Assembly: GCA_965219445.1 (NCBI GenBank)
Contig: CBDCNQ010000005.1
Span: 864,001 to 928,000, forward strand
Length of the DNA stretch: 64,000 bases
Source: Longimicrobiales bacterium
GTDB taxonomy: Bacteria; Gemmatimonadota; Gemmatimonadetes; Longimicrobiales; Gaopeijiaceae
Direction: 5' to 3'
Every line of letters starts with the position of its first letter. Within the stretch, counting starts at the first letter, position 1. The notes below the pieces were generated by a model. The model was not told where the DNA came from. It did not search any database and saw only the letters and a program-made list of their open reading frames with translations. The position numbers were made by a program, and so were the translations under genes. Shown piece after piece: positions 1 through 10,146 of this stretch.

Positions 1-372
1 CTCATCCAAATAGGGGAACGAGTTCTGGAGAGCGTGAGCCGCGTTGACGGCGGCGTCCAAGCTGTTGAACTCCGCGAGCATTCCATCTCCGAGGAACTTC
101 ACAACCCGGCCGCCCTTGTCCCCCACAAGCTTCTTGCAGACACGCTGGAATGACTTGATCAACGCGAGTGCGAGGTCCTCGTCGTGAGATGAAAGAGTCG
201 TGTACCCCGCCACATCCGCAAAAAGAATGGCGGCGAGGCGACGATCGACGGCCGCGACCGAGGGTGGAGCGTCCACAGCCGAATCGTCAGATGCTGAATC
301 GTCCGGGGCTGCCTCCGGATCTGGAGCCTCCAGATCCGCGTCCGGAGTTGGAACGTCAGGTGGTTCGGTCAT
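1..372 (-). CDS. Adenylate/guanylate cyclase (class III) domain protein, runs off the window start
   Basis: Manual translation from ATG at 372 gives MTEPPDVPT...RRLAAILFADVAGYTTLSSHDE...GGRVVKFLGDGMLAEF, with the typical FADxxGYT and KFxGDG motifs. Not in the ORF track. Confidence 0.85.
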   Translation of the reverse strand, partial: MTEPPDVPTPDADLEAPDPEAAPDDSASDDSAVDAPPSVAAVDRRLAAILFADVAGYTTLSSHDEDLALALIKSFQRVCKKLVGDKGGRVVKFLGDGMLAEFNSLDAAVNAAHALQNSFPYLDE

Positions 373-456
373 CGGGCCGCGCTTGGTTAGAGGACACCAC
401 CGTAAACATGTGTTGTCCACAGCCACCGGTGCAAGCCTCGTCGCACATAGACCACC

Positions 457-3400
457 CTACCGAATTCTCCGGACATTCCTGAACACCTCCATCGCCTGCC
501 GGTCGAAGACAGTGACGCCGTACAGTTCTTCCACCCGTTGGACCATGACCTCGATGTCGAAGAGCGGGTCGATATCGAGGATTCCGCGGTAGATCGACTC
601 GGCGTCCTCGCTGCGACCGGCACTCTGGTAGGCCCCGGCGAGTAAGCCCCTCGAAATCGTCTCCTGCTCAACCGTGAGCTCCCCCAACTCGAGGGCCTGC
701 TCAAAAAACTGGATCAATTGCACGAAGTTGGCCTCGCTCCAGTACTGGAATCCGTCTCCCAGCTTCGCCCGTGTTTCTTCACGGGGTGTGAACACCGCAA
801 TCGAGTCCTCGTAGGCCAGCCGGAGCTCTTCGACCTCGCTCGGCAAGTTGGCCGCATAAGCCGCCAAGAAGGTCAGCCCGGCAGAGCGCCCCTCGGTATC
901 GCCGTCCTGTAGCGCCCGGAAGATGTCGAGCGTAAGGGCAACAGTCGCAGAGTCCGTGTAAAACTCAGGCTCTGAGGCCGTGTCCAGCAGCTCCATGAAG
1001 TTGGCGAGAGCTTGCACGCCTTCGCCCTGCGATGCCCTGAAGCGACTCAGCGTCTCGAAGTACAGGCGCCTACGGTCGCCGGTCACGTACGGAGCGAACT
1101 CCCCCGCCCACAATTCCATGAGCTCGGTGTCTTCGACGGCCAGGGAGGCCTGGAACGCCACCCAGTATAGGTCTGGACGGTCCTCATCGTACGCGACGAT
1201 CCTTCCGGCTCGGTCGGCATCGAGCACCGCCATCGCGATTTGGAGCGCACGCTGCGGATTGTCCAAGGCCAGATGTCCCGCAGCCAACCGCGCGAAAAAT
1301 TGGAACTCCCGATCGGGTTCGACCCGACCTTGTAGCTCCTCACCGAAGCTTACGACCTCTTCAAACGCCCCGGCCTCGAACGCCGCGGCAAGACCCAGAT
1401 GTTGCAACTCGGCCCCAGCATCCCCCGACCGCGCTCTCAACGGAATGACCTGGAGAGCTTGGCGAGCGTTCGCCAGAGCCGGGGCGTGCTGATCCAAGCT
1501 CGCGTGTGCGATCGCCAAGCGCCGGTGGAGCTCGAAGCCACGGTCCTCGCCCTCCCAGCCCTCGAGCGCCTCCTCCCGGGCAACGGCTTCGGCATACCTC
1601 CCCAACTGGAACTCCGTTGAGAACCCGTGCCACTGAACTTCTCGGGCAACGTCGGGTGCCAAGCTCAGGACTCCTTCAGCCGTCAACGATTCGGCCCTGG
1701 TCACCGCCTCCAGAACTTCGGCATGGGCTTCTTGTGCCCCGGCTTCCCGGGTCACCCAATGGGCCAGGGGAAGAGGCTGGTCCGACGAACTCGCCGTACC
1801 AGCGATGCTCACCGGGTCCACGCGAAGCCATCGGTACTCGAAATCCTCGGCCAAGGTGAGGTCGAACGTCCCCCCCGTCGTTGAAGCCAGTTGCGTGAAC
1901 GGGCCCTGGCGAGAGGGAGCACCCGAAAGCCTGTATCCCCACAGATAGTCGGAATCGACCGGATCCCAGGAAAAGGCCACAGCATCGGTGGACAGTACGA
2001 CCCGCAGTGTTTCCAACTCGGGCAGGCGGGCATCCCACCTGTAAACCAGAGTTCGCCCCTCCTCCAGGTTGGCGAGGTAGACGTTCCCCCGGGCATCCAA
2101 CGAAAGATGCGTCGCCTCGAACCTCGAGTCGCGGCCACCCAGCCTGACGAGCACCTGCTCCAGACCGGAATCCAGGACCGTCACGCGGCTGGTTTCCTGC
2201 TCGAGGACGAACATGTTTCCCTGGACGTCGAATTTGATATCCCGCACGGGACCCGCTAGAAGCTCAGCCGCGATCGGTTCGGGAGGACCTCCGCCGAGCG
2301 GCATATTCACGACCGACAACCCATCTTCGGACCAAGCGAACAATTCATCATCCGGAGAAATAGCCACGCCCCACGCCTCCTGAAGCGGGAAGGACGCCAG
2401 AAGCGACGTCAGGTCCGCGCTGAATACGGCGACCCGATGGTTGTTCCGATCCGCGACCACTAGACTTTCGTTGGAGAAAAACCCCACTCCCACTGGCCTG
2501 TTGAGCCGCCGGTCGTCGTCGTAATCGCGGCCGAACGTTCCGAGACTATTACCACTACGGGTGTCGAATACGGAGAAGCGATCGTCATTCGGCTCCGTAA
2601 CCACGAGTAGTGAGTCGTTGAACGCCATAGCACCCGTCCGCTCGAACCCCATGACCAACGTCTCTGGGCCACCCGTCTCCGGGATCACATAGGACTCGAA
2701 GACGTCACCGAACAGATCCTCATACTGCTCGGATGTGACGCGCTCCACACGAAGCCCGCGACCCTGGGGCGAGGCGATGACGAAACGGGCCGTACCATCA
2801 CTCGATGGCCTTATCCCTGTGACCGCACCCACCGGATCGGGTGGCAGCTGGCTCACTCGGATCGGGTAGTCCCACTCCAGCGGGGGGGCATCCCCACCTT
2901 CGGCAAGCGCTATGCGCTCAACCTTTCGGAGGTCGTGGTCCAACACGACGAGATGCCGTTCGGGCGTGAACGCCAGTCCCACCGCCTCACGGAAGGACCC
3001 CCTGCCTCCGCCGACGCCTCCATAAAGCGCACGGCTCTCTGGCGCAGCCGTCGGATCGAGGCGGCTTCCGCCCCAGATACGACCCTGCCTCCCGTCCAAG
3101 ACCACGAGCGTACCAGATCCATCGACCGCGATGGCCGCCGCTTCCTCGACTGCTCCCAACGACAACGTCTCGGGCTCACCCGCGCCCTGCCATGGCACGT
3201 CGGAAAAGGCGGGGAGGGTGAAGATCTGCGCGCCGCGGTCGTGGTCTGCGACGAAAATTCGACCGTCTCCACCGACCGCGATCCCAATCGGATCTCCGAT
3301 CAGCGTACCCAGGCCCACTTCGCGTACGAACGCACCGTCCCCGGAAAACACTTTGACAGAGGGGTCGCGCTTGTCGAGAACATAGACGAACCCTAGAGGA

Positions 3401-3855
3401 CCGAGCGCCAGCGCCGCTGGATCATCCAACTCGGAGGCGCCCTGGTTGTTTCCTCCGATGACAAGCTGTTGTTCACCGCTCCCGTTGTAGACCTGGACCT
3501 GCTTCAAACCCTCGTCGAGCACGTAGGCACGCCCCAACTCGTCGAACGCGACTGCCAGTGGATCGCGTAGACGCCCTGTCCCGTACGAGCGCGCCGGAGC
3601 ACCGGTTCTATCGAAGACCACCACCTGTCCGTCCTGGTCCACGATATGCAGTGCCCCGCTAGGCGCGACTGCAATGGCGACAGGATCCCTAGGCGACATG
3701 GGACCCGAGGTGGGAAGGTCGAAGGAGCCATCACCGACGTAGCTGGCTCTAGCCGCGATTTGGCCGGCTGCCGAGGCCACATTCAAGAACAGGAGGGCGG
3801 AACACATAGCCGAGGTGCGCAACGCTGCGGTCATGACCAACTCCCCTTGTGTCAT
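457..3855 (-). CDS. Large secreted NHL-repeat beta-propeller protein with FN3-like segment and C-terminal TPR-like helices
   Basis: 1132 aa ORF with signal-like N-terminus, repeated LxxPxxxA(F/V)D..G.xYVxD NHL motifs, 'FSWDPV...GYRL' FN3-like segment and a helical C-terminus. Confidence 0.8.
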   Translation of the reverse strand: MTQGELVMTAALRTSAMCSALLFLNVASAAGQIAARASYVGDGSFDLPTSGPMSPRDPVAIAVAPSGALHIVDQDGQVVVFDRTGAPARSYGTGRLRDPLAVAFDELGRAYVLDEGLKQVQVYNGSGEQQLVIGGNNQGASELDDPAALALGPLGFVYVLDKRDPSVKVFSGDGAFVREVGLGTLIGDPIGIAVGGDGRIFVADHDRGAQIFTLPAFSDVPWQGAGEPETLSLGAVEEAAAIAVDGSGTLVVLDGRQGRIWGGSRLDPTAAPESRALYGGVGGGRGSFREAVGLAFTPERHLVVLDHDLRKVERIALAEGGDAPPLEWDYPIRVSQLPPDPVGAVTGIRPSSDGTARFVIASPQGRGLRVERVTSEQYEDLFGDVFESYVIPETGGPETLVMGFERTGAMAFNDSLLVVTEPNDDRFSVFDTRSGNSLGTFGRDYDDDRRLNRPVGVGFFSNESLVVADRNNHRVAVFSADLTSLLASFPLQEAWGVAISPDDELFAWSEDGLSVVNMPLGGGPPEPIAAELLAGPVRDIKFDVQGNMFVLEQETSRVTVLDSGLEQVLVRLGGRDSRFEATHLSLDARGNVYLANLEEGRTLVYRWDARLPELETLRVVLSTDAVAFSWDPVDSDYLWGYRLSGAPSRQGPFTQLASTTGGTFDLTLAEDFEYRWLRVDPVSIAGTASSSDQPLPLAHWVTREAGAQEAHAEVLEAVTRAESLTAEGVLSLAPDVAREVQWHGFSTEFQLGRYAEAVAREEALEGWEGEDRGFELHRRLAIAHASLDQHAPALANARQALQVIPLRARSGDAGAELQHLGLAAAFEAGAFEEVVSFGEELQGRVEPDREFQFFARLAAGHLALDNPQRALQIAMAVLDADRAGRIVAYDEDRPDLYWVAFQASLAVEDTELMELWAGEFAPYVTGDRRRLYFETLSRFRASQGEGVQALANFMELLDTASEPEFYTDSATVALTLDIFRALQDGDTEGRSAGLTFLAAYAANLPSEVEELRLAYEDSIAVFTPREETRAKLGDGFQYWSEANFVQLIQFFEQALELGELTVEQETISRGLLAGAYQSAGRSEDAESIYRGILDIDPLFDIEVMVQRVEELYGVTVFDRQAMEVFRNVRRIR

Positions 3856-4221
3856 TCAGGACGTAGCAATCCGAGGCGGATCCGATTATGCCTGGCCCTC
3901 AACATCCTTCTTGAACCTAAATTCTATTGAAGGAAACCGCACGAGTATCGTGTTCGCTTCCAGATTGCGTTCCGGGTGCTTTCCCTCCCGCGACGCCCGG
4001 CAGAGGCCCATGCTTCTCTGGAGCATAAGCAATATTGACTTAGCAACATTCGGGCCGTAACCGTGTGACGGGTCGGGAGCGGCCAGGATAGGAACACGGC
4101 CAGACGGAGTGAACCGCGAGCGCTGGCGTTGGCTTTTTCGGCTCCGACGCTATTTTCTGGGGCCATCATCGTTGTCGAATCGTATCCTCGAGCCGCCGCG
4201 GCACCTCTAATCCGGCGCCCA

Positions 4222-4698
4222 ATGACATCCGAGTTCATCATATCCGAGAGGCGCACTGCTCAGGTCCTGATCTCTCTGCTTGCGGCCTGCGCATTGATCG
4301 TCTCCGGGTGCGGAGAGGACGGATCTCTACCCTCGAGCGAGCCAGACTCTGCGGCCGCTGTGGCGGAGGAGGAGCCTGAAAGGGCGCTCGTGGAGATCGA
4401 TCTCGACGAGTACGTGGTCCTCATGAATCGCGTCGTCCCTGCTGGTGCAGTGACCCTGAAACTCGTGAACCGGGGGTTCGAGGAACACAACCTCCTGTTC
4501 GTAGTGGTCGAATCCGACTCAACGGTCTGGGAGACCGAGCGCCGTCTGGCCCCGGGGGAGAGGCGTACGGTGACGCTCGACCTCGAGCCGGGTGAGTACA
4601 CGGCGGTATGCGATTTTTCCGGGCATGAAGGCCGCGGCATGTTCACGGACTTCTTCGCTGAGGACACGAGTCCCGCCGAGAGCGACACCGACCGCTAG
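4222..4698 (+). CDS. Cupredoxin (type 1 copper) domain lipoprotein
   Basis: Lipobox-like IVSGC, N..G..EHNL, and C-terminal CDFSGHEGRGM copper ligand loop. Start at ATG 4222 is inferred. Confidence 0.75.
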   Translation: MTSEFIISERRTAQVLISLLAACALIVSGCGEDGSLPSSEPDSAAAVAEEEPERALVEIDLDEYVVLMNRVVPAGAVTLKLVNRGFEEHNLLFVVVESDSTVWETERRLAPGERRTVTLDLEPGEYTAVCDFSGHEGRGMFTDFFAEDTSPAESDTDR

Positions 4699-4724
4699 TT
4701 CTGGAACACGGCACTGGAGTCCGC

Positions 4725-6227
4725 TCAGCCGTCCATCATACGAAGAGGCCCGACCATTTGGAGCAGGGACTCGATCATCCCTTCGTCACCGTAGATATCT
4801 GGCACTCCGGAGACGGGCAGACCGACGGAGCGCCCTGCATCCGCCGTCGTCGGTCCCACGCAAAAGATCTGCACGCCCTCTAGATCGACGCCGGACGAGG
4901 CCAGCGACTTCGCGGCCGAAGGGCTGTAAAGAAGTACTGCATCCACTCCTCTCCTAAACGCTTCCAACGCAGCGTCACTCGGCGGCTGGAGCAGTGTGTC
5001 ATACACGTGGAGGGTCTCCACTTCCAAACCCACCCGAGCCAATCCGTTGGAGACCTCGTCGACCGCGAGTGTTCCACATGGGAAGAGTACGCGCTGTCCG
5101 CTCTTCGCCTCAGCCGCGATCGCCTCCACAAGAGCCCGAGCCCGATATTCTTCCGGGATCAGGTCGGCGCGGATCCCCACCCCTTCGAAGCGAGCGGCCG
5201 TCTTGGGACCGACCACTGCGATCCGAGCCGCCCCGAAGAAGCGCGCATCGAGTCCCTGGCGTTCAAGTTGGCGGAGGAAGCCCTCGACCCCGTGGAACGA
5301 TGTGAACACGATCCAATCGTGGTCGGAGCGCGGCCCCGAGAGGTCGGCCTCGACATACTCAATGCGGATCAGTGGCGAATCGATCACCTCCGCTCCGAGC
5401 CCTCGAAGTCTGGAAATGACCTGCCTGCTCGCCGAGGACGGCCGGGTCACGACCACTCGGCGGCCGACCAGGGGCCCGAACCCCAGAGCCGGCGTATTGC
5501 CGTCGAGGCGGGGCAACCCGGCTCCCGGTCCCACGATCAGCACCATCGGAGCCAACAGACCCTCCTCCCGGACTAGGCCCGCAATGGTAGCAAGGGTCCC
5601 GCGGACCTGACGCTCCCCTGGGAGCGTCCCCTCCTGAACGACCGCAGCAGGAGTCGCACCGTCCCGACCGGCGGTCACCAGGCCCTGCGTTACCTCCTCC
5701 AATCGAGCGCCGCCCATGAGGACCACCGACGTGTCCATTTTTGCCATCGCCTCGTAGGGGAGCTCACGGTCCGGAAGGCCCTTTCCGACGCTGGGCGTCA
5801 CCACACTAACGGTACTCGCCTGACCACGGAGGGTGAGCGGGATGCCCGCCCGCGTCGGTACGCCGGTTGCACTGCTCACGCCAGGAACCACCTCACAAGG
5901 GACGCCGGCCAGATAGCACGCTTCGATCTCCTCCCATCCCCGGCCGTAGACGAAAGGATCACCGCCCTTCAGGCGAACCACCTCCTTCCCGGCCCTGGCC
6001 CGCTCGATCAGGACTTCGTGGATCCGGTCCTGGGGCACCGTGTGCTGACCGGGCGCCTTGAAGACGTCGATCAGCTCGGCATCGGGCCTGGTGAGGGTCA
6101 AGAGCTCAGCACCGGCGAGCCGATCATAAACGACCACATCGGCACGCCCGAGAAGCTCCCCGCCGCGAACCGTGATGAGCCCCGCGTCTCCGGGCCCAGC
6201 ACCGACCAGCCACACCCGACCGGTCAA
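4725..6227 (-). CDS. cobA: Fused uroporphyrinogen-III C-methyltransferase / uroporphyrinogen-III synthase (CobA-HemD)
   Basis: GRVWLVGAGPGD, VVRLKGGDPFVYGRG, then HemD-type VVVTRP...WIVFTS..GV. Likely start is TTG at 6227, overlapping the upstream TGA (TTGA). Confidence 0.9.
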   Translation of the reverse strand: MTGRVWLVGAGPGDAGLITVRGGELLGRADVVVYDRLAGAELLTLTRPDAELIDVFKAPGQHTVPQDRIHEVLIERARAGKEVVRLKGGDPFVYGRGWEEIEACYLAGVPCEVVPGVSSATGVPTRAGIPLTLRGQASTVSVVTPSVGKGLPDRELPYEAMAKMDTSVVLMGGARLEEVTQGLVTAGRDGATPAAVVQEGTLPGERQVRGTLATIAGLVREEGLLAPMVLIVGPGAGLPRLDGNTPALGFGPLVGRRVVVTRPSSASRQVISRLRGLGAEVIDSPLIRIEYVEADLSGPRSDHDWIVFTSFHGVEGFLRQLERQGLDARFFGAARIAVVGPKTAARFEGVGIRADLIPEEYRARALVEAIAAEAKSGQRVLFPCGTLAVDEVSNGLARVGLEVETLHVYDTLLQPPSDAALEAFRRGVDAVLLYSPSAAKSLASSGVDLEGVQIFCVGPTTADAGRSVGLPVSGVPDIYGDEGMIESLLQMVGPLRMMDG

Positions 6228-7135
6228 GGGACCGAGGGCGACCCCGCTCGCAGCGACAGAGACAAAGACACGGGCGAGCGTACCTGGCCTCCAGCCTCCC
6301 GGCCCGAGCGTGGGCGAGTGACAGAACCGAGCGACGATGTCCGGCGGGCGGGCGGGCGGCCGCGCGCATACCCTGCACGAGGGCTCGGGCTGAGCGAGGC
6401 ACGAATCCGCGACGTCGAATCGATCGCCTCGAGAGTGAGCGAGCCCAACTCCGGCCACTCCAATATCGGCGGAAGGACCTTTAGGGTCTCCGTCATGGTG
6501 TCGATCCCCGAGGAAGTTCGAGGGGCGGTCAAGGCACCGGCAAGATCCACGAGAACGTGCGGCCCACCCCCCATGAGCAAGGGAGCCGCCACGAGCGGGC
6601 GATCGCCGAGTGCGTCGGCGACGTCCGAAAGGTGAGGAGATCCATCGAGAAAGGCGGTGAGAATCTCCGTCTGTGGAAAGGTTAGAGCCAGTTCGTCCCG
6701 GAGCCGCCAAGCGGCGTCCGCACTCGAACGGACCCGTGGGGTGCCGTGTCCCACGAGAAGGACGGCCGGACTCAGTCCTCGTGCCGTCATGCCCTTCACC
6801 GCCTCGCCCACCCTGGTCGCCAAGATGTTGGAAAACGCTGGAAGGGTTCCGATCGGAGGGGCAATGATGAACGAACACGACGGATCCCCCTTCGCCAACT
6901 CCTCCGGCAAGCGCTGCCGGGCGTAGTATCCACCGCTGGCCATGATGGGCACTACCACAGGCCGCTTCCCTCGCAAACTCCGAGCTGCATCCTCGAAGCT
7001 CGGCGTGCCCTTCCAAAAAGCACACCCGAAGCGAACATCGGGTCGCCGCACCCGCAGGGTGTCCGTCAGCTCCAGGAGCGCCCGATTGGCCTCCGAGCCG
7101 TCGCCCGCGCCGTGCGCGGCGAGAATCACGGTCAT
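6224..7135 (-). CDS. Sirohydrochlorin chelatase, CbiX/SirB family (two-domain)
   Basis: Duplicated motifs ILAAHG... and LLVGHGT..., GGGPHV; siroheme operon context. Confidence 0.8.
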   Translation of the reverse strand: MTVILAAHGAGDGSEANRALLELTDTLRVRRPDVRFGCAFWKGTPSFEDAARSLRGKRPVVVPIMASGGYYARQRLPEELAKGDPSCSFIIAPPIGTLPAFSNILATRVGEAVKGMTARGLSPAVLLVGHGTPRVRSSADAAWRLRDELALTFPQTEILTAFLDGSPHLSDVADALGDRPLVAAPLLMGGGPHVLVDLAGALTAPRTSSGIDTMTETLKVLPPILEWPELGSLTLEAIDSTSRIRASLSPSPRAGYARGRPPARRTSSLGSVTRPRSGREAGGQVRSPVSLSLSLRAGSPSVP

Positions 7136-7148
7136 AGGCTTGATACGT

Positions 7149-7784
7149 CTACTCCGCCGTCGTGCGAGCTCCGCTGACGAGCTCCTCGAGACTCCACTTC
7201 CCCTCGCCGCTCACCCTCATGTGGAGCGTCAGCGGCCCCCGCGTGTGACCGACTCTTTCAAACTCCACGGGCACCCCACCGTAGACGTCCGCAAGAACCT
7301 CATGGAGTTCTCCAGTAACCACATCGAACGCGGCATCCGTCGCGGGCACGGCAAGACGGTCCGTAAAACGAAAGGCCATCTCACGCGTCGCGAACCGCAC
7401 GGGGTTTTCCCCGGCGGTATCGTGCTCCAGTGCGGCAGCGGCCTCGAGCACGCCCACGATCGCCTCCCGCAAACGCTCGGCCAGAGTCCCTGACCAGCCC
7501 CTCTTCAATTCGTATTCGAACCCGATTCGGCCACCCGCCTCATCGGTGCGCAGATGCCACCGGTGAGCGACCAAAAGCACCCCGGGGCCTGCCGGAACAT
7601 GCGTGTAATCGTGTACATCGATGAGCGTCCCCGGGAGTCGGTCCTCCTGTATCCAACTATGAAAGACTTCGATCATCCGGGCTCGGTCGAACGACTCCTG
7701 ATCCTCGACGAAGACCTTCACCCCCACCCTTTGCGGTTCTGAAACCACACGAGACTCGAGTTCAGCAGCCACCTGCGTGCTCAT
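7149..7784 (-). CDS. Hypothetical protein translationally coupled to the sulfite reductase
   Basis: 211 aa ORF with a 4-nt overlap with the upstream stop; FHSWIQ...LIDVHDYTHVPAGPGVLL motif. Confidence 0.75.
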   Translation of the reverse strand: MSTQVAAELESRVVSEPQRVGVKVFVEDQESFDRARMIEVFHSWIQEDRLPGTLIDVHDYTHVPAGPGVLLVAHRWHLRTDEAGGRIGFEYELKRGWSGTLAERLREAIVGVLEAAAALEHDTAGENPVRFATREMAFRFTDRLAVPATDAAFDVVTGELHEVLADVYGGVPVEFERVGHTRGPLTLHMRVSGEGKWSLEELVSGARTTAE

Positions 7785-10066
7785 ACCGACGCCGTCTCGA
7801 CGGTGCGGCCATGGTAAGAGTGGGCCGCCTCGATAAAGAGCTGGGCCTCTTCAATCCGCTTGCGAGCCCGCTCAGGCGTCGCTTCAACCCCATTACTGCC
7901 CTCGCCGTGCATGCGGAGCAAATAGTTTCCGAACTTTCCTCCCGCGTAAGGATCGTGGAAAAGGCCCGGGTCAAAGAGATGGGTCTTGAAAGCGGCAACT
8001 ACGTCTTCCGGATCTTCGCTGAGACCGGCCTCTTTCTCACGCGCGAGGGTCCTCGCGGCGATCAGCATCGCACGGTAGGCGATGTCGGCCGCGCCTGAGG
8101 AATCCCCCTGATCCAGCCGGTCCTGCGCCTCGAAGATCTCGCGCTCGCTGGCCTGGAGGCCAAACTCGACCGGCGAGACGACTTGGCCCGCACACTCACC
8201 GATGCCCATGTCGCCTAGCGTGAACTCCCTCGGGTCCCCCCAGTTCGAGTAGAAGCTACGGTCTTCCTCGTAGGTGGGAACCACGATCAGATCCTCGAGA
8301 AGGGTTCGGAGGCTGGCCTTGCCCACGCGGGTGACGAAGGCCTGGAAGCTCTCATCCCCTTGGCGCTCATCCACGTAATGCTGTGCGATCCTGTCCGTAG
8401 CGGCCGGGATGTTCCGGGCCGGCACCGCGACGATGGCCAATCCATAGGAACCCGCGTTCTCAGCCCACTGGCCTCCCAGCACGACCTGGAAGTGAGGCAC
8501 GTTGTACCCGTTGCGTTTCCGGCTCACGCCCCAGAAACCGATATCCGCCATGTGATGCTGCCCGCAGCTGTTGAAGCACCCACTGATCTTGATGCGCAGG
8601 CCGCGTATCACCTCATCCAATTCCTCACCGCGCTCATTGAAGCGGTCCATGAGTACGCGCCCCAAACCACGTGAGGAGGAGATGCCGAGTTTGCACGTGT
8701 CCGTTCCGGGGCAAGCCGTGATGTCCGAGACGGTTTCCGCCTGCGCGTCGGCGAGACCGAGATCCACCAAGGCCTCATACAGAGCGGGAAGGTCACTCTC
8801 ACGTACCCATCGGAGAGCCATATTCTGTTCAACCGTCATCCGGACCGCGTCCCCGGTAAACCGTCTAGCCACGTCGGCGAGGCCCCGCATCTGATCGGAC
8901 GTGATATCACCGAGAGGCAAGTATACCATTACGACCTTATACCCTGGCTGCCTCTGCGAAGCCACGTTGGCACCGAGCCACGCTTCCAACTCCGGGCCGG
9001 GCGTGAAGTCGTTCCCCTTCTCGATCTGCCAGAGCGGTCCATCGTGGCCCTTGTGAACGTCGTCGAGGTACGCCGTCCAACGGGGATCTTCGGGAAGCCC
9101 TGCGCGATCCTCCAGCACCAGACGACGAAACTCCTCGATGCCGAGCTTCGCGACGAGGAACTTCAAACGGGCGCGGGACCGAACATCCTTTTCTCCCAGA
9201 CGGGCAAAGACTCGAGAGATCGACTGGCACGTCGCAAGGAGCTCCTCTTCGGGTAGAAATTCATCGAACAACTCCGCCTGGTGCGGCACCGCCCCCAAGC
9301 CTCCGCCGACATAGAATTCGAAGCCGCGCTGCTCTTTTCCGTCCACCTCGCGGACCCGGGCAATCCCACCGAGGTCGTGCATCTTGACGAGTCCGCACGG
9401 CCGATCCGCACATCCCGAAAACGCAGGCTTGACCTTTCTCCCGAACTCCTGAGCATCCGGATGTCCGAGAAGGAAATCCGAGACGGCTGCGGCGTAGGGG
9501 CTGACGTCGAACGTCTGTGTCGTGCAGACCCCGGAGAGGTGGCAAGCGGTGACGTTTCTCACGACGTTGCCGCACGCCTCATGAGTCGTGATGCCCACGG
9601 CGCCCAGCCGCCGCATCAGATCCGGCGTCTCTTCAAGGTGAACGAAGTGCAGCTGGATGTCCTGCCGCGTCGTCACATGTAGGATCGTGTCCGCGTACTC
9701 CTCGGCGACCTCCGCCAACACGTCCATTTGATCGGCGGTAATTGCACCGAACGGATTCTTGATGCGCACCATGCCTGGGGCGTCCCACTGCGTTCCCGGA
9801 CCCTTGGTGAGGTCCGGGTTCGGGAATACCAACTCCCTGGTGTTCAATCCATCGTGACGTTGGCCGTTGTCGTACCGCTGACCGTAGACGCCGCGGCGCA
9901 GGCGCATCTCCGCGAATACCTCATCGGTGAGCTTTCCTGCCCGCTTCTGCTCGATAAGTCCCTCGAAGGAGTCGATCTCCCGCGAAAGCTTGTCGCCAAG
10001 GAGCGATCCGAGCTTGGCCTTCCATTGCCGTGGCTCCGAAGCCTCACCTTTACCATTGGTAGTCAT
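7781..10066 (-). CDS. Nitrite/sulfite reductase hemoprotein (Sir/CysI-type) with HEPN-like C-terminal domain
   Basis: RLRRGVYGQR, HVTTRQDIQLH, and ACPGTDTCKLG / KISGCFNSCGQH siroheme-[4Fe-4S] ligands; downstream of cysH. Confidence 0.9.
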   Translation of the reverse strand: MTTNGKGEASEPRQWKAKLGSLLGDKLSREIDSFEGLIEQKRAGKLTDEVFAEMRLRRGVYGQRYDNGQRHDGLNTRELVFPNPDLTKGPGTQWDAPGMVRIKNPFGAITADQMDVLAEVAEEYADTILHVTTRQDIQLHFVHLEETPDLMRRLGAVGITTHEACGNVVRNVTACHLSGVCTTQTFDVSPYAAAVSDFLLGHPDAQEFGRKVKPAFSGCADRPCGLVKMHDLGGIARVREVDGKEQRGFEFYVGGGLGAVPHQAELFDEFLPEEELLATCQSISRVFARLGEKDVRSRARLKFLVAKLGIEEFRRLVLEDRAGLPEDPRWTAYLDDVHKGHDGPLWQIEKGNDFTPGPELEAWLGANVASQRQPGYKVVMVYLPLGDITSDQMRGLADVARRFTGDAVRMTVEQNMALRWVRESDLPALYEALVDLGLADAQAETVSDITACPGTDTCKLGISSSRGLGRVLMDRFNERGEELDEVIRGLRIKISGCFNSCGQHHMADIGFWGVSRKRNGYNVPHFQVVLGGQWAENAGSYGLAIVAVPARNIPAATDRIAQHYVDERQGDESFQAFVTRVGKASLRTLLEDLIVVPTYEEDRSFYSNWGDPREFTLGDMGIGECAGQVVSPVEFGLQASEREIFEAQDRLDQGDSSGAADIAYRAMLIAARTLAREKEAGLSEDPEDVVAAFKTHLFDPGLFHDPYAGGKFGNYLLRMHGEGSNGVEATPERARKRIEEAQLFIEAAHSYHGRTVETASV

Positions 10067-10146
10067 GGGTTTCCCCTTTTCGCTCCCAACCTATAAGGGC
10101 TTTCAGGTCGCCGGCCGGCGACTTTGAGTCGTATTTCACATGAGGC

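Noticed and set aside
6228..7025. N-terminal 266 aa of the 766-aa ORF 4725-7025
   Set aside because: It overlaps the CbiX/SirB gene in another frame; methyltransferase homology begins at about 6227.
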